Assembly: GCA_951406725.2 (NCBI GenBank)
Contig: OX597819.1
Location: forward strand, 106,082,001 to 106,146,000
Source: Octopus vulgaris
Lineage: Eukaryota
DNA: 64,000 nt
Direction of reading: 5' to 3'
Part shown: positions 49,651-64,000 of the stretch, piece by piece
Layout of the letters: every line of letters begins with the position of its first letter
Numbering within the stretch: position 1 is the stretch's first letter
Program-made: the position numbers and the translations under genes
Notes under the pieces: model-generated
Told to the model about the DNA's origin: nothing
What the model saw: only the letters and a program-made list of their open reading frames with translations
Databases searched by the model: none

Positions 49651-50819
49651 CGTGTTTAACAAGCATAGAAGTAAACAAGATGTGAAAACAAGAACCACAT
49701 ATGAATAAATAGCGTGTAATAGAAATCAGTAACTTAGACTCCCACAAGGGAATAAATCAAATCTGCAGACCTATATTAAATGACGGGAGCGTATATGCAT
49801 AAAACCCCTAAGATATCACATTTTATGTACTTAAATGTAAACGGAACAGATATCTTGCATACATATCGGACCATTTGATAGGTTATATGAACCTTATATG
49901 CAACTGTATTGAACGCTCTACATATCTACATATCTGCTTTAGAACAGAATATATATTGTAATATAATCCTAAATAAAAGATATAATATAAATCAACATAC
50001 GATTCTACTGAACCCATCAGCGTAGAACGAGGTGAGGAGTGTATTAATTTCGACAGTCCTTTTTGCTTGATTTCACAAAAACTGAGATGTTACGACCCAA
50101 GAAAAAATTGTGTAGTTTTATCAATGATATGCACAGGACATTTACATTGCCCGTGTATTAATTCAATATATAATATACTCTATAAATATAGAAAAAGTGA
50201 AGCATGTGACACTTTGCACCACTGCTACAAAACACAATGAAGAGAAGACAGAGAGAGGGGGAGAGAGTGCCTGTTTGCGTATGTGTGCTTGTGCATATGT
50301 GAGCGTGTCTAGAGCTATTATTCGAAACAAGTTATATGTAGGACATGACTGAATTCGATTCTAATCTTTTGTTATTAATAGTTTTCACAATAATTTCCTG
50401 TTCAACTGGGAAGAAGAATGTTTTGATTCTATTACCGTTTCTAGACATACAAATGTTATTGGCGAATATAAATTCGGTAATAAAAAAAGAGATACTATCA
50501 TCTCTTTAATTCATGAGATTAAAACAAGAATGATCACGTGCGGGAAGAATTAATGGTCTCAGAAACCTTAAAATTCTAGTGTATTAAGTAGCAACTAATA
50601 AATGAGCACTACTGTTTGTTATATATATATATATAAGTTTTATATATAGAGATATATGTCTGTAACTAGGTGTTCTACATAAGTATCTACTCCCAGACAC
50701 AATTTTTCACAGACAGAATTTTAAAGTTAGAAAAACTGTAATCTATTTTAAATTTACGTTTGATAAAGGTATGCAGAAATAAATGTATACGTATATATAC
50801 ATACACACATATACATACA

Positions 50820-50877
<58 letters not shown>

Positions 50878-51337
50878 CATATATATATATATACATACAT
50901 ATATACATACATATATATGTACAAATATGAATATATCATATTGCTACGGCAACATCCAGCGCTTTCCTGTTAAAGCACATCTACTTATTCTTTTATTAAA
51001 TCAATACGTATACATAATTACTATTGTATGTTAATCAAAATACATATTAAAATTCAGAATTGTGGAAATATTATTTGCAGAGTTGTTGTATAACAAAACA
51101 AGGAAAAGGAAATTTTTTGTTAGTATTTATTCTACTTCATACATGGTTCATTTCTAATAGGAACAGCAAAGATTTACATGTTCTATATACATGTACACCT
51201 TTGTCATTCCTATTAGCAAATGAAACACGTGTAATGGAGAATAAATAATACCCCCAAATTCCCATTTCCCTCTTTTGGTAATATAAATGTATGTATATAT
51301 ATTTATATATATCTATATATCTATATATATATACATA

Positions 51338-51393
<56 letters not shown>

Positions 51394-51403
51394 TGTATGT
51401 ATG

Positions 51404-51443
<40 letters not shown>

Positions 51444-51448
51444 TATAT

Positions 51449-51521
<73 letters not shown>

Positions 51522-51559
51522 TCTATGTGCAAAAAGAAAGAAAGAAACACCAATAAGAT

Positions 51560-52569
51560 TGAATTATATAGAAGCATAATAAGATAAGCATATTTAAAAA
51601 AATCTCTCAGCGATTCTCTTCCTTTGAGAGAGATTTCTTCTTTCCCTTTTACTTCTTAGCAAACCCTATTTCTCTCTGCCTCATAAGCTAAAAGCAAAGG
51701 CAGGTGGCAGAAGCGCTGATCACCAGTCATATTCCACACGTGTGTTGAACAGTGGTCGAAATCTGAATGTACCACAATAAAAGGGTGGGAAGATGCCATA
51801 GCGAGATGAAACATTGGAAACTAATTCGAAACCATTCTGATGTGATATACAGCATAGGAAAAACGACCAAAGATCTCACATTAGCACGCCCCACAACCAA
51901 AGAAAAACAAAAAAAGGCCTGTATGTAATTTGTAGAGAGAACGGTAGTCGTATCTACATGAAGAACTGAATGAATAAGAAGCTGAATATGCATTGGAGAG
52001 GAAGAAAAAATCAATTATAAATGGGAGAAATTAAATAAGACCCTTGAAAAACTCCCAGAATGAAGTCTTAAATACGTTAAAGACTTTCTATCAATCAAAC
52101 TCTCCTATAGTGTTAAAAGTAGAAGAAAGAGAAAATATCGATCGTATTCTGTATAATGTTAATGGTATTCTCGACTGTAAGTGACTTAGGGTCTTTGAAT
52201 GCCCTCCTTCTCTCACTTCTTTAAAAAAAAAAGAAGAAACGGAAAATTGTTCGATTATATAGCTCCTAAATGTTTTAAAGGAACACTTAGTTTTATCCCC
52301 ACGTCGTGGTGCATTGATAGGTTCCAATTTAGAACGAAATCAATTTAAATTTTTCTGGATCTACATGCAAAAACAAAAAAAAAAAGAGAGAGAAAACAAG
52401 AATGAATTATATAGAAGCATAATAAAATAAGTTAATAAAAAGTCTCTCACTCAGCGATTTTTCCCCTTGAGGGAAATTTCTCCTACCCATTTTTATTTCT
52501 TACCAAGCCTTATTTCTCTCTGCCTTTTAATTTAAAAACAAGCGCAAGTGGCAGCAGCGATGGTCACCA
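51560..52569. repeat. Diverged ~165-bp direct repeats (51560-51725 and 52403-52569) flanking ~680 bp
   Basis: TGAATTATATAGAAGCATAATAA...CTCAGCGATT...TATTTCTCTCTGCCT...GTGGCAG.AGCG.TG.TCACCA occurs in both copies. Confidence 0.8.
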
Positions 52570-52582
52570 CTCAAATTTCATG

Positions 52583-52643
<61 letters not shown>

Positions 52644-52654
52644 GGATATGGATA

Positions 52655-52727
<73 letters not shown>

Positions 52728-52729
52728 AT

Positions 52730-52763
<34 letters not shown>

Positions 52764-53196
52764 ATATCCATATACCTATATATGTATGTATATGTATATA
52801 CATACATGATGAAGGAAACATTCTCTGAAAATGAATTTTAAGATTCCTTTTATACTTGGAAGAATGAACTCCTGAAGCGGCGGCAGGGATATTTTCTTTT
52901 AATATGTAACCCAAAACATTTTTTGATGCCTATTACTTTCTCTTCGCTATATTTTCAATCTCTTTAAAAAAAAGAAAACGTTTTTATCTATTATCCTATA
53001 TTTCATTATATTATTACTATGTTCATATATTGATGTATGTATATGTCCTTATATGTTTTATATTGGACAATTATTATCTTAAGTAAATCCGTACAAATAT
53101 GTCTTCATTGTGGTTTGCCTGACTTGAACTTTTTCCATTTCATTTATTATACTTGTCTATTGTCTCAGGTTTGACTTGATCACTTCTATACACAGA

Positions 53197-53244
<48 letters not shown>

Positions 53245-53249
53245 GGGGG

Positions 53250-53432
53250 GAGAAATCACGAAAAACAAAAGACGAAGACAGGTGGTGTAGAAAACAAAGA
53301 GATGTATTAGTATAACGCTCGGGAATTGAAAAAGTATTTTACGTTTCGAGCCTACGCTCTTCCACAGAAAGGAACACAGAAAGAAACAAGGAGAGAAACA
53401 AGGAGAGAAAAATGCGTAGTGGCTAACGATCT
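53250..53432 (-). mobile_element. PLE terminal-repeat fragment (family C) with a variant hammerhead-like motif
   Basis: It is the reverse complement of 31290-31470. The minus strand reads TTT-CTGTGGAA-GAGC-GTAG-GCTC-GAAA-C-GTA-AAA. Confidence 0.75.
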
Positions 53433-54574
53433 ACGAATATATGTGTGTGTTTGTATATGTATGTATACACATGTCCCTATCGGTATATTTAAACATGTAC
53501 ACACCTTCATCTACCTATCTACTTACATATACATATATCTGCATTTGAGTTTGTGTACGTGTGTTTCGTGTGTCTACAATCAATGCTGAAGTAGTTTAAA
53601 TTTCAGTACAATGGATATTAAAATATAGGCGTTCTATATGTAAGTATTAATACCCTTTCATTAAGAGAAAAGGGAGTTTAGTGAGTTTGTATATTTTGTT
53701 CAGATATATGAAAAAGCTGGGAAATGCCTAGTGTGTTGCCTTTAGTCTGTTGATCGCTAGTTTCAGTTTATGCATGAGTAAGGCATTCCTAATGCTTAAA
53801 TTGCTGGTTTTACGCTCAATTGCCTTCATGGTACCCGACTGTGATATTTTTCGAGATATGTTTGGAATGATGCACTTGGTGACATGTGAACCTTGATTCA
53901 GTTATGTAGCTTTCAGAATATGCTCGCAAACTATTACTTCAGAAAATTTGGTACACTGCTTAGGCTATCGACCATATCGTTGATGAGGTAGTTGGAAAAT
54001 GTGCCCCTTCTGGCTCTGTCTATTCGTTAATTTCAAGATAAGAATTTCCTCAGTAAGAAACCGAGTTGCAGCATACATATGTACAGTCCCTATCTGCAGA
54101 TCGCTTGCTGGATTCCAGGCTGTGATATTTCGGTCGTCGAAATATAGCATTCTCAGGAATCGCATACTATCTCCGGAAGTGTGAGTTTCTTTTGATATAT
54201 ATGAGGTTTGTGGGTCGAAATACAGTAGTCACCGGTTGTTTAGCGGAACCTTTTCAATTCGTTTGGCGTTAGTGTATGTATTCGCCGGATTCGTTGTATC
54301 TGTTGTGTCCGGAAAATTTTCTATGTATGCAACACTAGCTCAGGTGGGAAGGATGGATTCGCAGTGGATTTAATCAATTACAATATCAGATTAACTTCGA
54401 GAATCTACATAAATATCCCAGCTTTCAATGTTACGATTTTTGTGGTTTCCCATTGATTCATACTTCTTTATTGGTATCTATACTATTAACCCACTCACCC
54501 TACTCAAGAAATAAAAATTGATGGAGCGAATATAACAGCTCGTGTATATATATATATATATATATATATAGTTC

Positions 54575-54627
<53 letters not shown>

Positions 54628-55906
54628 CATATATATATATATGTATATATATATATACATATATATATATATACACATACATATATATATATGTATGTAT
54701 ATATATATACATAGATACATATACATATACATACACACATACACTCACACACACATATAAAGATATATATACATACATATAAAACATGTATATAAATACA
54801 TATGTGTGTGTGCGTGCGTCTGAGAGTGTTTCTGATTCGGTAATCATATTAATGCAGAGTAAAAACAAGCAACATTATGAAAAAAAAACCCCATAAAAGT
54901 CGATGCTTATTTCATAGATTCCATACAGGTCATGCCCTCCGTCGGCGAAACCACTCGATTTATACACATGCATGCATGCATACATACATACATACATACA
55001 TACATACATAATACATACATACTTACATACATACATACATACATACAAACTAGTTTCGAGAGAGACGGGATGCATCTCCAAAGATCGAGAGGAATTTATA
55101 AGATAAAAGGAGTGAAGGGTGAATAGGAAACAAACTATACAACGAGAAAGGAAATAGAATAAACGAAGAATTGCTTGGGATGGAATTTGAATGTAGGCAG
55201 ATAAACGAAGTGATGTAATACTGACAGCGTTCAAAAGCTGTCTTCAGCTTACAATGCTGCAAGTTATACTACAGGAGTGTTTTTCTACTCCTAGTTTGCT
55301 TGTGTTTCAGGTGTGTTTCAGTCGTTCATGGAATGTTGAGATCCTGGTATCCTTAGACCTTGTACTACCTTCGTTGTCCACATAACAACAGTTTATGCAT
55401 CATAAGAAGTTGCTGGTATGTGCAAAGTGTGAACTGTGAGGTGAATGCCTCTGGGATCTGTATCACAAAAGGATTCCCTCATTTGTAAAATTTTATCCTT
55501 GTCATTTGGTTTGAGATATATTTCGCAATCATCATTTGCGGAATGTGCTCACCTTTGCTGAAAATTTCATATTTCACTGCAATGCGGAATCGCTGCAAAA
55601 TTGTTGAACTGTATAAGTATATCAGACGTGATGCCTATTGTACATAGATTTAGATTTAAGAGATACGTTGGAATACACCATCTGCATTCTCAACAAAACA
55701 ATTTCACATATCAATTTGTATGCTTCCATCACAACCAATTATACTTAGTTGGAGAAATTGTCCACATCTCCTCAAACTATATATATAGTTTAGAGAGTGG
55801 GAGGTACATTTTAGATGACTAGGTAATTTGCATTTCTTATGTTCACCAGTCTGATTAATGCACTAAGCAAAAATTTTAATGTTATAGTGAATCTTTTCTT
55901 TCTAAA

Positions 55907-56022
55907 GATAAACAGAATATGTTACATGGCACTCTAATGAAGGGTGTATTTTATAGTTATATAATCAAGCAAAGAATAAAACAAACAATAATATATATAC
56001 ATATTTACACACACACACACAC

Positions 56023-56067
<45 letters not shown>

Positions 56068-56091
56068 AATATATATATATATATATATATG

Positions 56092-56134
<43 letters not shown>

Positions 56135-56167
56135 CATATATAATATACATACATACATACATACATA

Positions 56168-56199
<32 letters not shown>

Positions 56200-56234
56200 G
56201 TAATAATTTGAATATACATACATAATATACATAC

Positions 56235-56298
<64 letters not shown>

Positions 56299-56391
56299 GT
56301 AATAATTTGAATTCGCCTTAAATGGTCCCTTTGCATACTGAACACTTGGTGAAATTGATTAATAATTAATTAATTTTACCCTCAATTGTTG

Positions 56392-56429
<38 letters not shown>

Positions 56430-56543
56430 TCATTAGGCTCTTTGATAAACAGAATATGTTACATGCCACTCTAATGAAAGGTGTAGTTTATTGTTATATA
56501 ATCAAGGAAAAAATAAAACAAAAAGTAATATATATACATATTT

Positions 56544-56637
<94 letters not shown>

Positions 56638-56638
56638 G

Positions 56639-56678
<40 letters not shown>

Positions 56679-56679
56679 C

Positions 56680-56743
<64 letters not shown>

Positions 56744-56772
56744 ATATATATAAAATATTCATTAGGCTCTTT
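55907..56772. repeat. Local tandem duplication bounded by microsatellites
   Basis: GATAAACAGAATATGTTACATG.CACTCTAATGAA...TTTACACACAC occurs at 55907 and 56444. TAAAATATTCATTAGGCTCTTT occurs at about 56422 and 56751. Confidence 0.85.
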
Positions 56773-58486
56773 CCATTGCATCTTGCAAGGAAATATGAAA
56801 AAAGAATAAGAAAGTGATTGATGAGAGACATGGTCGAATTTTCAATATGATGCTCGCCCGCGCAGTTATATGTATTCACACACACACACACACACACACA
56901 TGCATACATACACAGGCGCACACATGCACACACACACACACACACGTGTACATATACAGACACACATGCATATTTAAATATACCCATGGGCAGACACAAA
57001 GAATATTGTTGGACGAGAGAAGGAAAGAAAGGATATATGTGTGTGTGTGTAAAACAAAGGGAGAGATAGAAAAAGAGAGAATGATTTTAATGTATTTCAG
57101 TCGTCCGGCCCTTTTCAAAGTAAATGATTTATTGAAGTCAATTTCGATTTGGAAACTGAATTTTCCACAGCAAAGACCAAGTTAAAAAACAAAAATAAAA
57201 CAACAAAGATAAAGCAAATAAACTATAATTGAACATATTAAATTAGCTTTGACACATGTATGGAAGTATTTTCGATTAACTGTAAATGATAAATGGTAAA
57301 ATCTGCCTTATTTCAAAATTTTAAATAAGATATTTAAATAAGATTATTTTAGCATTTTGCATTTCGCTATTGTATTTGAGGAATGGTATGAATGTGCGGC
57401 TTATTTATTCGTGACACAAGCACGAGATTATGTGTTCGATTTCAGCGTACGCATCTTCAGCAACTAATTAATGTTTTTATGAGATTTAGTCTTGGTCCTA
57501 TAAAAAAATAAATGTACTGATATTTCGTTTGCGTACAGTCTACTGTGTCTGTGCTACATGCCGCTTCATCATTTAACCAATGGTATCGCATATATTTACC
57601 TGTGTATATAGACATACCTACATGTATATATATGTGTGTGTATGTTTATTTTACGCGCAGTATAGAAAAAAAAACTCAATTGACCGTAATTGTTTTATTT
57701 ATTCAGGTGTTATCATCCACTTTCGGACGTCTTTAAATTTATAACGTTACATCAAGGGAAACATATCGTCTGAGCTCCAAACTGTGAAGTACTTGGGAAC
57801 TAATCAGGAGCAGCGTGAAGGATAACATCCGAAAAAGCCTTATGCATATGTGTGTACGTGCGTAGGTTTGTGTGTGTGTATGTATGCACACACACACACA
57901 CACAAACACACACATGCACACACACACACAGACATATATATACTGTTTATATATATCGAGGCTGAGTTTTCCCAAATGGATGGGAACACCTTTCTCCATA
58001 TAACTGGCTTGAAAAATTGTTAAGACACTAGGATGTTTCCTACTTTTCTTAACATGAAACCAATGGTAACCTTAGTTCACAAATAAAGAAATTAAAGCCA
58101 CCAATGCGGATTTGAGCACTCATTTTCATCGTCTGACATTTCCGTATGTATGTACATATATGCGCCCCAGGAGTCAAAAGCACAACTTCATGATTGATAG
58201 GTAAATATACTCCTAACCACTTAGCCACGCTCCTTTGCCAAATTTTGTATATGAGATTTAAACACCATGATTACTTAAAGGAGGTTAGTAAATAAATCAG
58301 GTATGAAATTAAGTTAAGGAAAAGTGAGTATAAGTTTTGAAATATGATAGCCAGTTGCTACATATAACTCAAAATGTTCAAAAGGAATTTAAGGGAAATG
58401 CAGTATTCAGTTGAAACTTGTGATGTGACTAAGTCCTTTAACTGAATATACGAGTATACATTGGATTTGAGAAGAACAATTTGAAT

Positions 58487-58625
58487 TGGTACTTAATTTA
58501 TCGACTCCGAAAGGATGAAAGGCAAAGTCGACCTCGGCGGAATTTGAACTCAGAACGTAACGGCAGACGAAATACCGCTAAGCATTTCGCCAGGCAAGCT
58601 AACGTTTCTGCCAGCTCGCCGCCTT
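58487..58625 (-). mobile_element. SINE family A, 5' portion
   Basis: It is the near-exact reverse complement of 7996-8135. Confidence 0.9.
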
Positions 58626-59215
58626 AAATAATTTTTTTTATTAACAACAGCATGATATGCCGAAATTATAACATCCAGCTTCCAAACACAAAGCGGAAAC
58701 ACTCTAAATAACAACACGTAAAAAACTGACCAGCTAAAGCATAACACCTTCTTTCATTCTTTTGTAATCCCTTAAAAATTTTAATACAAGAAAGTTGATA
58801 CACCCACTTACTTCGATATTAAAAACTGGACTAAACTTTGAGTCTGTGAAATTTAAATTGCCAAAGCAAAGAATTAGATGTAATAAAACCAAAAATAATT
58901 GAAACAACTGGCACATCAAACGATCCAGAAACTTTCTATACCTACCTACATACTTTTAGTGACACACTAGAAACCATCCCATGATCTGTAACATGCGCGC
59001 CTAAACATACACACCTCTTTACTAAGTTGTGCATGCATAGATAAGTTTTAAACAATAAACTAACACCAAATTTAATTATTAACAATTTCTCCAAAATTCC
59101 TTTTCATTACAACCTATCCTACAACCTAATTACCATTCCACTCAAACCCACGTACCAAAAGAAGAATTTTATCTCAATAATGAGTATATAAAGCAAGATT
59201 AATTTCAATGCATCG

Positions 59216-59259
59216 CAGTCCGACGATGGCTTAGCTGACCCAAAACTTCGAAGTCACTG
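59216..59259 (+). ncRNA. Decayed minimal hammerhead ribozyme with two core substitutions
   Basis: CAGT-CCGACGA-TGGCTTAGCTGACCC-AAAA-CTTCGAA-GTC-ACTG. Stem I is CAGT/ACTG, stem III is the palindrome ACTTCGAAGT, and the site is GUC. The core has U4>C and G12>A. Confidence 0.55.
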
Positions 59260-59273
59260 TCAATAATATTCTT

Positions 59274-59549
59274 CGTCGCCCTTTTCAAGCCTAGCCAGGC
59301 TCATGGCCCGGTTTCCCGGGCGTATGTGTTCCCCCCAGCTGGCAGTCCATCGCAGCGTTACTCAAGAAACAGGAAGAGAAAGCGAGAAAAAGTTGTGGCA
59401 AAAGAGTGCAACAGCTGTTGCCACCACCCTCTGCCGGAGCCTCGTGGAGCTTTTAGGTGTTTTTGCTCAATAAACACACACAAGAATCGAAACCGCGATC
59501 TCCCGACCGTAAGTCCGCTGCCCTAACCGCTGGGCCATTGCGCCTCTAT
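59274..59549 (-). mobile_element. tRNA-derived SINE (head E + different tail) with 14-bp TSD TCAATAA(T/C)ATTCTT
   Basis: The head and body are shared with 15105-15456. The TSD is at 59260-59273 and 59550-59563. Confidence 0.85.
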
Positions 59550-59688
59550 TCAATAACATTCTTACTGAAGAATAATAAATGTGCAATCTACCAAAGTATA
59601 TTTGCATTCTACAAAAGTAACTCTACATTAATTTTAAATTGTTTTTATTATAAATAATCATAAAACCAAGAATTAATATGTATAAATA

Positions 59689-60528
59689 CAGGTTGTTCGA
59701 ACTAAATTTGATAGTTTGCATAAAAGGAAAATAAGACACTATATCTCATCAGAAAATAAAGTCTTTTAAAAAGTACCAACTAGATTATGGCTGGGAGATT
59801 ACACTTTATTCAAACTAGCCCTCCTCAGCTTCCATCACAGCCTCAAGGCGGCTCCAGAATGATGGCACATGTGTTCTTCACAATCTCCCTGTGAAGATCT
59901 TCGAACAACTCACTGATCTTGGCCGCCAGCTGACTAGATGGTGTTTTTCTCAACCACACCCTACACACAGTAATCCACGAGATTGCAACTGGAAGAACTA
60001 GGAAGCCAGAAATTGGGTCTGGAGAAGCAGTAGAAATTCTCTGACAACCGCTTCTGACCCTTTCTGACGGTATGTTGTTGAGCCGATCCCGCTGCCGCAA
60101 TAGTGGCTCTCCAGCCAAAGATTGGCCACTATATCCAGCAGCTTCACACACCTTCATGAATAGAACGTAATATTCTGTTCAAAGAAGTTGGTCGAATTCC
60201 GACGTGTGTATGCAGTTAGAACGCCTGTTGTGTCCCTTTCTGCAGGCCATAGCTTCATACTCTCCGTTGCGGTTGTTCAAAAGCCTTTGCTGTGTTCACA
60301 GAACATTGCGCAACGGTCATGATGACGGCATTTTGGTACTCGGTACGACGCATCATTATGCTGGCAAGTCTTTTCCAATATTCTGGTAGGTCCATTTCAG
60401 CTGACTTTTTCTCAACAACAATTTCCATCATTATGCTCTCCAACACAGTTAACTGTTCATCAATACATCAAGCTGTTTCTGAAATAAAGGATACATAAAA
60501 TGTCGTCAAATTTATTCCGAACACCCAG
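59689..60528 (-). mobile_element. Internally deleted maT/DD37D-like Tc1/mariner element
   Basis: TA-flanked TIRs CAGGTTGTTCGAACTAAATTTGA / TCAAATTTATTCCGAACACCCAG. The minus strand has frameshifted motifs QRDRL.., PNFWLPSSSSCNLVDYCV*GVVEK. Confidence 0.8.
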
Positions 60529-61129
60529 TATATGTACGTTCGTATGTATGCATGCATGTATGTATGTATGCATGTATGTATGTATGTATGTATGTATGTA
60601 TGTATGTATGTATGTATGTATGTATATATGTAAATATGTAAGTATGTATGTATATTGATACGCTGTACACACATGCATATATGTCTGTGTGTAATGGGAG
60701 ACGGAAAAGTTTGTAATATCGCCTGGGGATTTGAGCGTCGCGTCTGCTTCAAATTATTTATCTGTGCCAACCACTACAACCTTTGAACTAGATTTATGAT
60801 TGAGTTCAGAGGTATTTGTCATAGCTGTAGCTAGGGTTTGTTTAGATAATAATATACTTCTGTGTATTTATTTATGAATATTCATGAAAGGTGTTTTTTT
60901 TAAATACAAAGTGATTATCACTTGAAACACGTTATCTTTTCTTTATTTTTTTTTCCTTTTTGGCAGCAGAAATCTTCATCACAAGCAGCAAACTTAATTA
61001 AATATTTTCATGATGCCCTCCTCTGTATTTTCTTTCGTTTACATTCCCTGAAAGAATACTATTATTCTCCTGTCGCTGTCAGTTTATTGTACACCTCCAA
61101 TCTATACATTTCTTCACCTATTAATACTC

Positions 61130-62249
61130 CGAGGGTTGGCTGAAAATTTCATAGCGTGATTATGAATGAGTGACGCTGGAACTGTAAAATCCTGTATGCA
61201 GTAATTTCAACACTTTTTATTAATTATTATTTTTTTCAGATAAACTGATATCTGAGTGTACAAAGGAGATTTCAAATGTAACTACTAGCGACATCTCTTG
61301 AAAATGGACAAAATCAAGAAAAAGGCTTAGCCCTGAGGCCATTAAAGCTGATATGACTACTACATTAGTGGATAGCAATCCAGATTTATGAACAGTACAA
61401 AAATGGGCATCTGAAATTAGGAGAGGAAGGAAGAGACTCGAAGTTATCCCAAGGTCTGGACGCCCTGCCATTGCCACCACTGAGGAAGACATTCATAGTG
61501 TTCAGCACATGGGGACGGATGACAGGTGATTTGGTATAAATCAAATATCCAATGATATTAACCTATCTCGCATGTGAGTTTAAGAATATTCTGCACAATG
61601 AACTTGGCATGACGTAGGTTTCTGCTTGGTCGGTGCCACATCTTCTGACTCCTCATCAAAAGCGCACCAGGCTGATCACGTCAAGGGGAAAATCTGACAT
61701 TGTTGCAGACAGATCCAGCTGATTTTCTTAGGAGTATCTTAACCCAGGATGACTGTTGAATTCATCACTTTGTGTCAAAGAAAAAGAAGCAATCCGTGCA
61801 GGGGAAACTCCCCTCTTCACTTAATCCAAAATAGGTCACGTTCGTTTCACCTGCAGTTTTTTAGAATGCAAAATGCATCGTGTTCATTGACTATCTTCAA
61901 AAGAGCCACACCATCAATGAAGAGTACTATACCAACCTGCTGAAGTAGTTATGAAAGGCCATCAAAACCAAATGTCCCGAGAAACTGACGAAAGTGGTCT
62001 TGTTTCATCAGGTCAATGCTCCAGCACACAAGCCCTTCGTTTCAATGGTTGCTGTGCGTGACTGTGGCTTTGAACTGTTTCACTACATTCCCTGTTCTCA
62101 TGATTTGGCCTCATCTGACTATTATCTGATCCCCAACTCCCCAACCTCACAAAACATGCCTGGGAAACAGTTTCGCAGTTTATGTAACCAATCTGGTCAC
62201 ATTCCATGGTAGTAGTCTGGTTAGCCTATCAACTTTCAGCCAACTTTCA
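61130..62249 (+). mobile_element. Decayed mariner (DD34D) element with TIRs
   Basis: TIRs CGAGGGTTGGCTGAAAATTTCATAG / CTATCAACTTTCAGCCAACTTTCA. Fragments TVQKWASEIRRGR..PRSGRP, VPHLLTPHQK and LFHQVNAPAH..IPCSHDLASSDYYL are present. Confidence 0.9.
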
Positions 62250-62567
62250 TATATATATATTAGGAATATTTTATCTTCCAAGTACAATTCTGTATAACTT
62301 AGTAATTATTTCTAATAAAGGTACAAGAGCCTCAATTTTGAGAGGAAGGATGAAAGACAAAGTCGACCTTGACGAGCCATTTTTCCGACGCTATAACCAT
62401 TCTTACAATGCATCGTATAAAGAGTATAAAATTATCAAATAATAAATATTATATTGATTCTACCATCATTGTGTTCCTCATTACGTTCATGTTATGTATA
62501 CATAGTTACATAATCTCATTAAATAAACCATTTAATAACTTAGACGTGCTGTCTCACACACACACTC

Positions 62568-62611
<44 letters not shown>

Positions 62612-62633
62612 ACACACAAAAACTAACAAGCGC

Positions 62634-62688
<55 letters not shown>

Positions 62689-63880
62689 CATTTTTACACA
62701 TTCACATTTCTTGCTGTGACGGACCTCCATTAATAAAATAATTTATTACACAAATTTGCTTTCGAAATTGAATTCTGAAGTCCACATAGTTATTTTTCCT
62801 TTAATGCTGATTGAATATCTTGATTTAGCTTTGACTTATATAATCGCTTGTTCAGTAAGCTATATATTATTTCTCCAAAATCTGACATAATTTAAAACTC
62901 CAACTAAAATATTTAAATCATAATATTGTTGCATTTTACTTTTACTAATTCTGTATTCCTCTTTGCAAGTCAGTTTTTGTGGGTGAGACGTTAGTGAAAT
63001 GTACGAGAAGGAAATACGTTTTAAGATTAGAGAGCGAGCTAGAGAGAATTGAAAACAACGATTTGCATATACTTACTTCTCAATTATTGCCAACTCATGT
63101 ATATGGTTAGAGGAGAGTTGCCAAAGGTTTCCTGTAGTGAGATCGAACTTCAAATTCACGTGATTATCAAACGAACGATTTAACCACATGGCTATATGAC
63201 AGTAATAATACATGATCATTTGTTTTAAAATTTTCGAAGAGAAAAGCTATTTGAAAGAGAAAATAATTACAAGACAAACTAAGACGTTTTATTACATATT
63301 ATAACATTCCTGAAATACCCAGAACAGAAGAGAACAGTAACGTTGACGCATTAGAAAATATTTTAGTGTAATAAAATCAAATTTGAATTTAGAACAAGAA
63401 CTAAGAACTCGAAAATATGACTAACAGAAAAATAAGTGCCATAAATTCTTCAGGATAGGTATTTAAATTCGCTGATAAGAAAAGAACTCTATACCAATAA
63501 ACAATGGCACTCGCATAAACAAGGTAAAAAAACCGACGAAATCATATATAATGATATCGGCATAGAATCATAATCTAGAGGGGGAAACAGATATATCTTA
63601 GGCAAAATATCTCGTAAAAAATAATCAGCGTTTATTAGAGTGAAAGAACATAAAAAGTACGGCAGCTCAACCAAATGTAGATCCATGTAGCTAGCAATAA
63701 TGACTTAGATACGCTTACTACGCTTACTATGACCGCCATCATGTAATTTATCGGCACCGAAAAAGTCCAGCATGATTCAAAAGAGTCGGCCTCGAGTATT
63801 ATTATTCAGTAACACCTATATCTAAAAATTATCTGCTTTGAACGAGCACACACATACATTACAAGGGACAATATATAGAA

Positions 63881-64000
63881 CAGGCATGGGCAAACGTTTT
63901 CAGTAAGATAGCCGATGAGACATGGTTCATTATCCAGCGGGCTGTACTACAGAAAAATGAAGGTCGGTCATAATGCACGTAAAACTTTCCTAATGCATGT
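63881..64000 (+). mobile_element. Possible left end of an hAT-type MITE (runs off the window)
   Basis: It starts CAGGCATGGGCAAAC, similar to the hAT/Charlie-type TIR CAGGGGTGGGCAAAC. The partner end is not visible. Confidence 0.3.

Overview
This is an AT-rich, microsatellite-saturated eukaryotic window made almost entirely of transposable-element debris. The SINE sequences and the (TA)n/(CA)n/(TATG)n density suggest an octopus-type cephalopod genome, which is my inference. I could not recognise any host protein-coding gene, and most ORFs in the supplied track are translated microsatellites. Recognisable elements are: two near-identical CR1-type LINE copies (APE + RT) with complementary missing parts; several Penelope-like element (PLE) remnants, one with a twin-priming-style 5' inversion; Tc1/mariner relics (DD41D-, DD37D/maT- and DD34D-like) and a pogo-like fragment; Helitron and Helentron/HINE elements; a long-TIR MITE; modular tRNA-derived SINEs; and a U6 snRNA/SINE chimera. 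The strongest hidden signal is a set of minimal type I hammerhead ribozyme motifs with palindromic stem III. Two have intact cores (12873-12955 minus, 20942-21026 plus), and several are variant or decayed. One decayed copy sits downstream of a tRNA-like Pol III head, giving a candidate ribozyme-bearing SINE or retrozyme. All family assignments come from reading motifs by eye, not from database searches.
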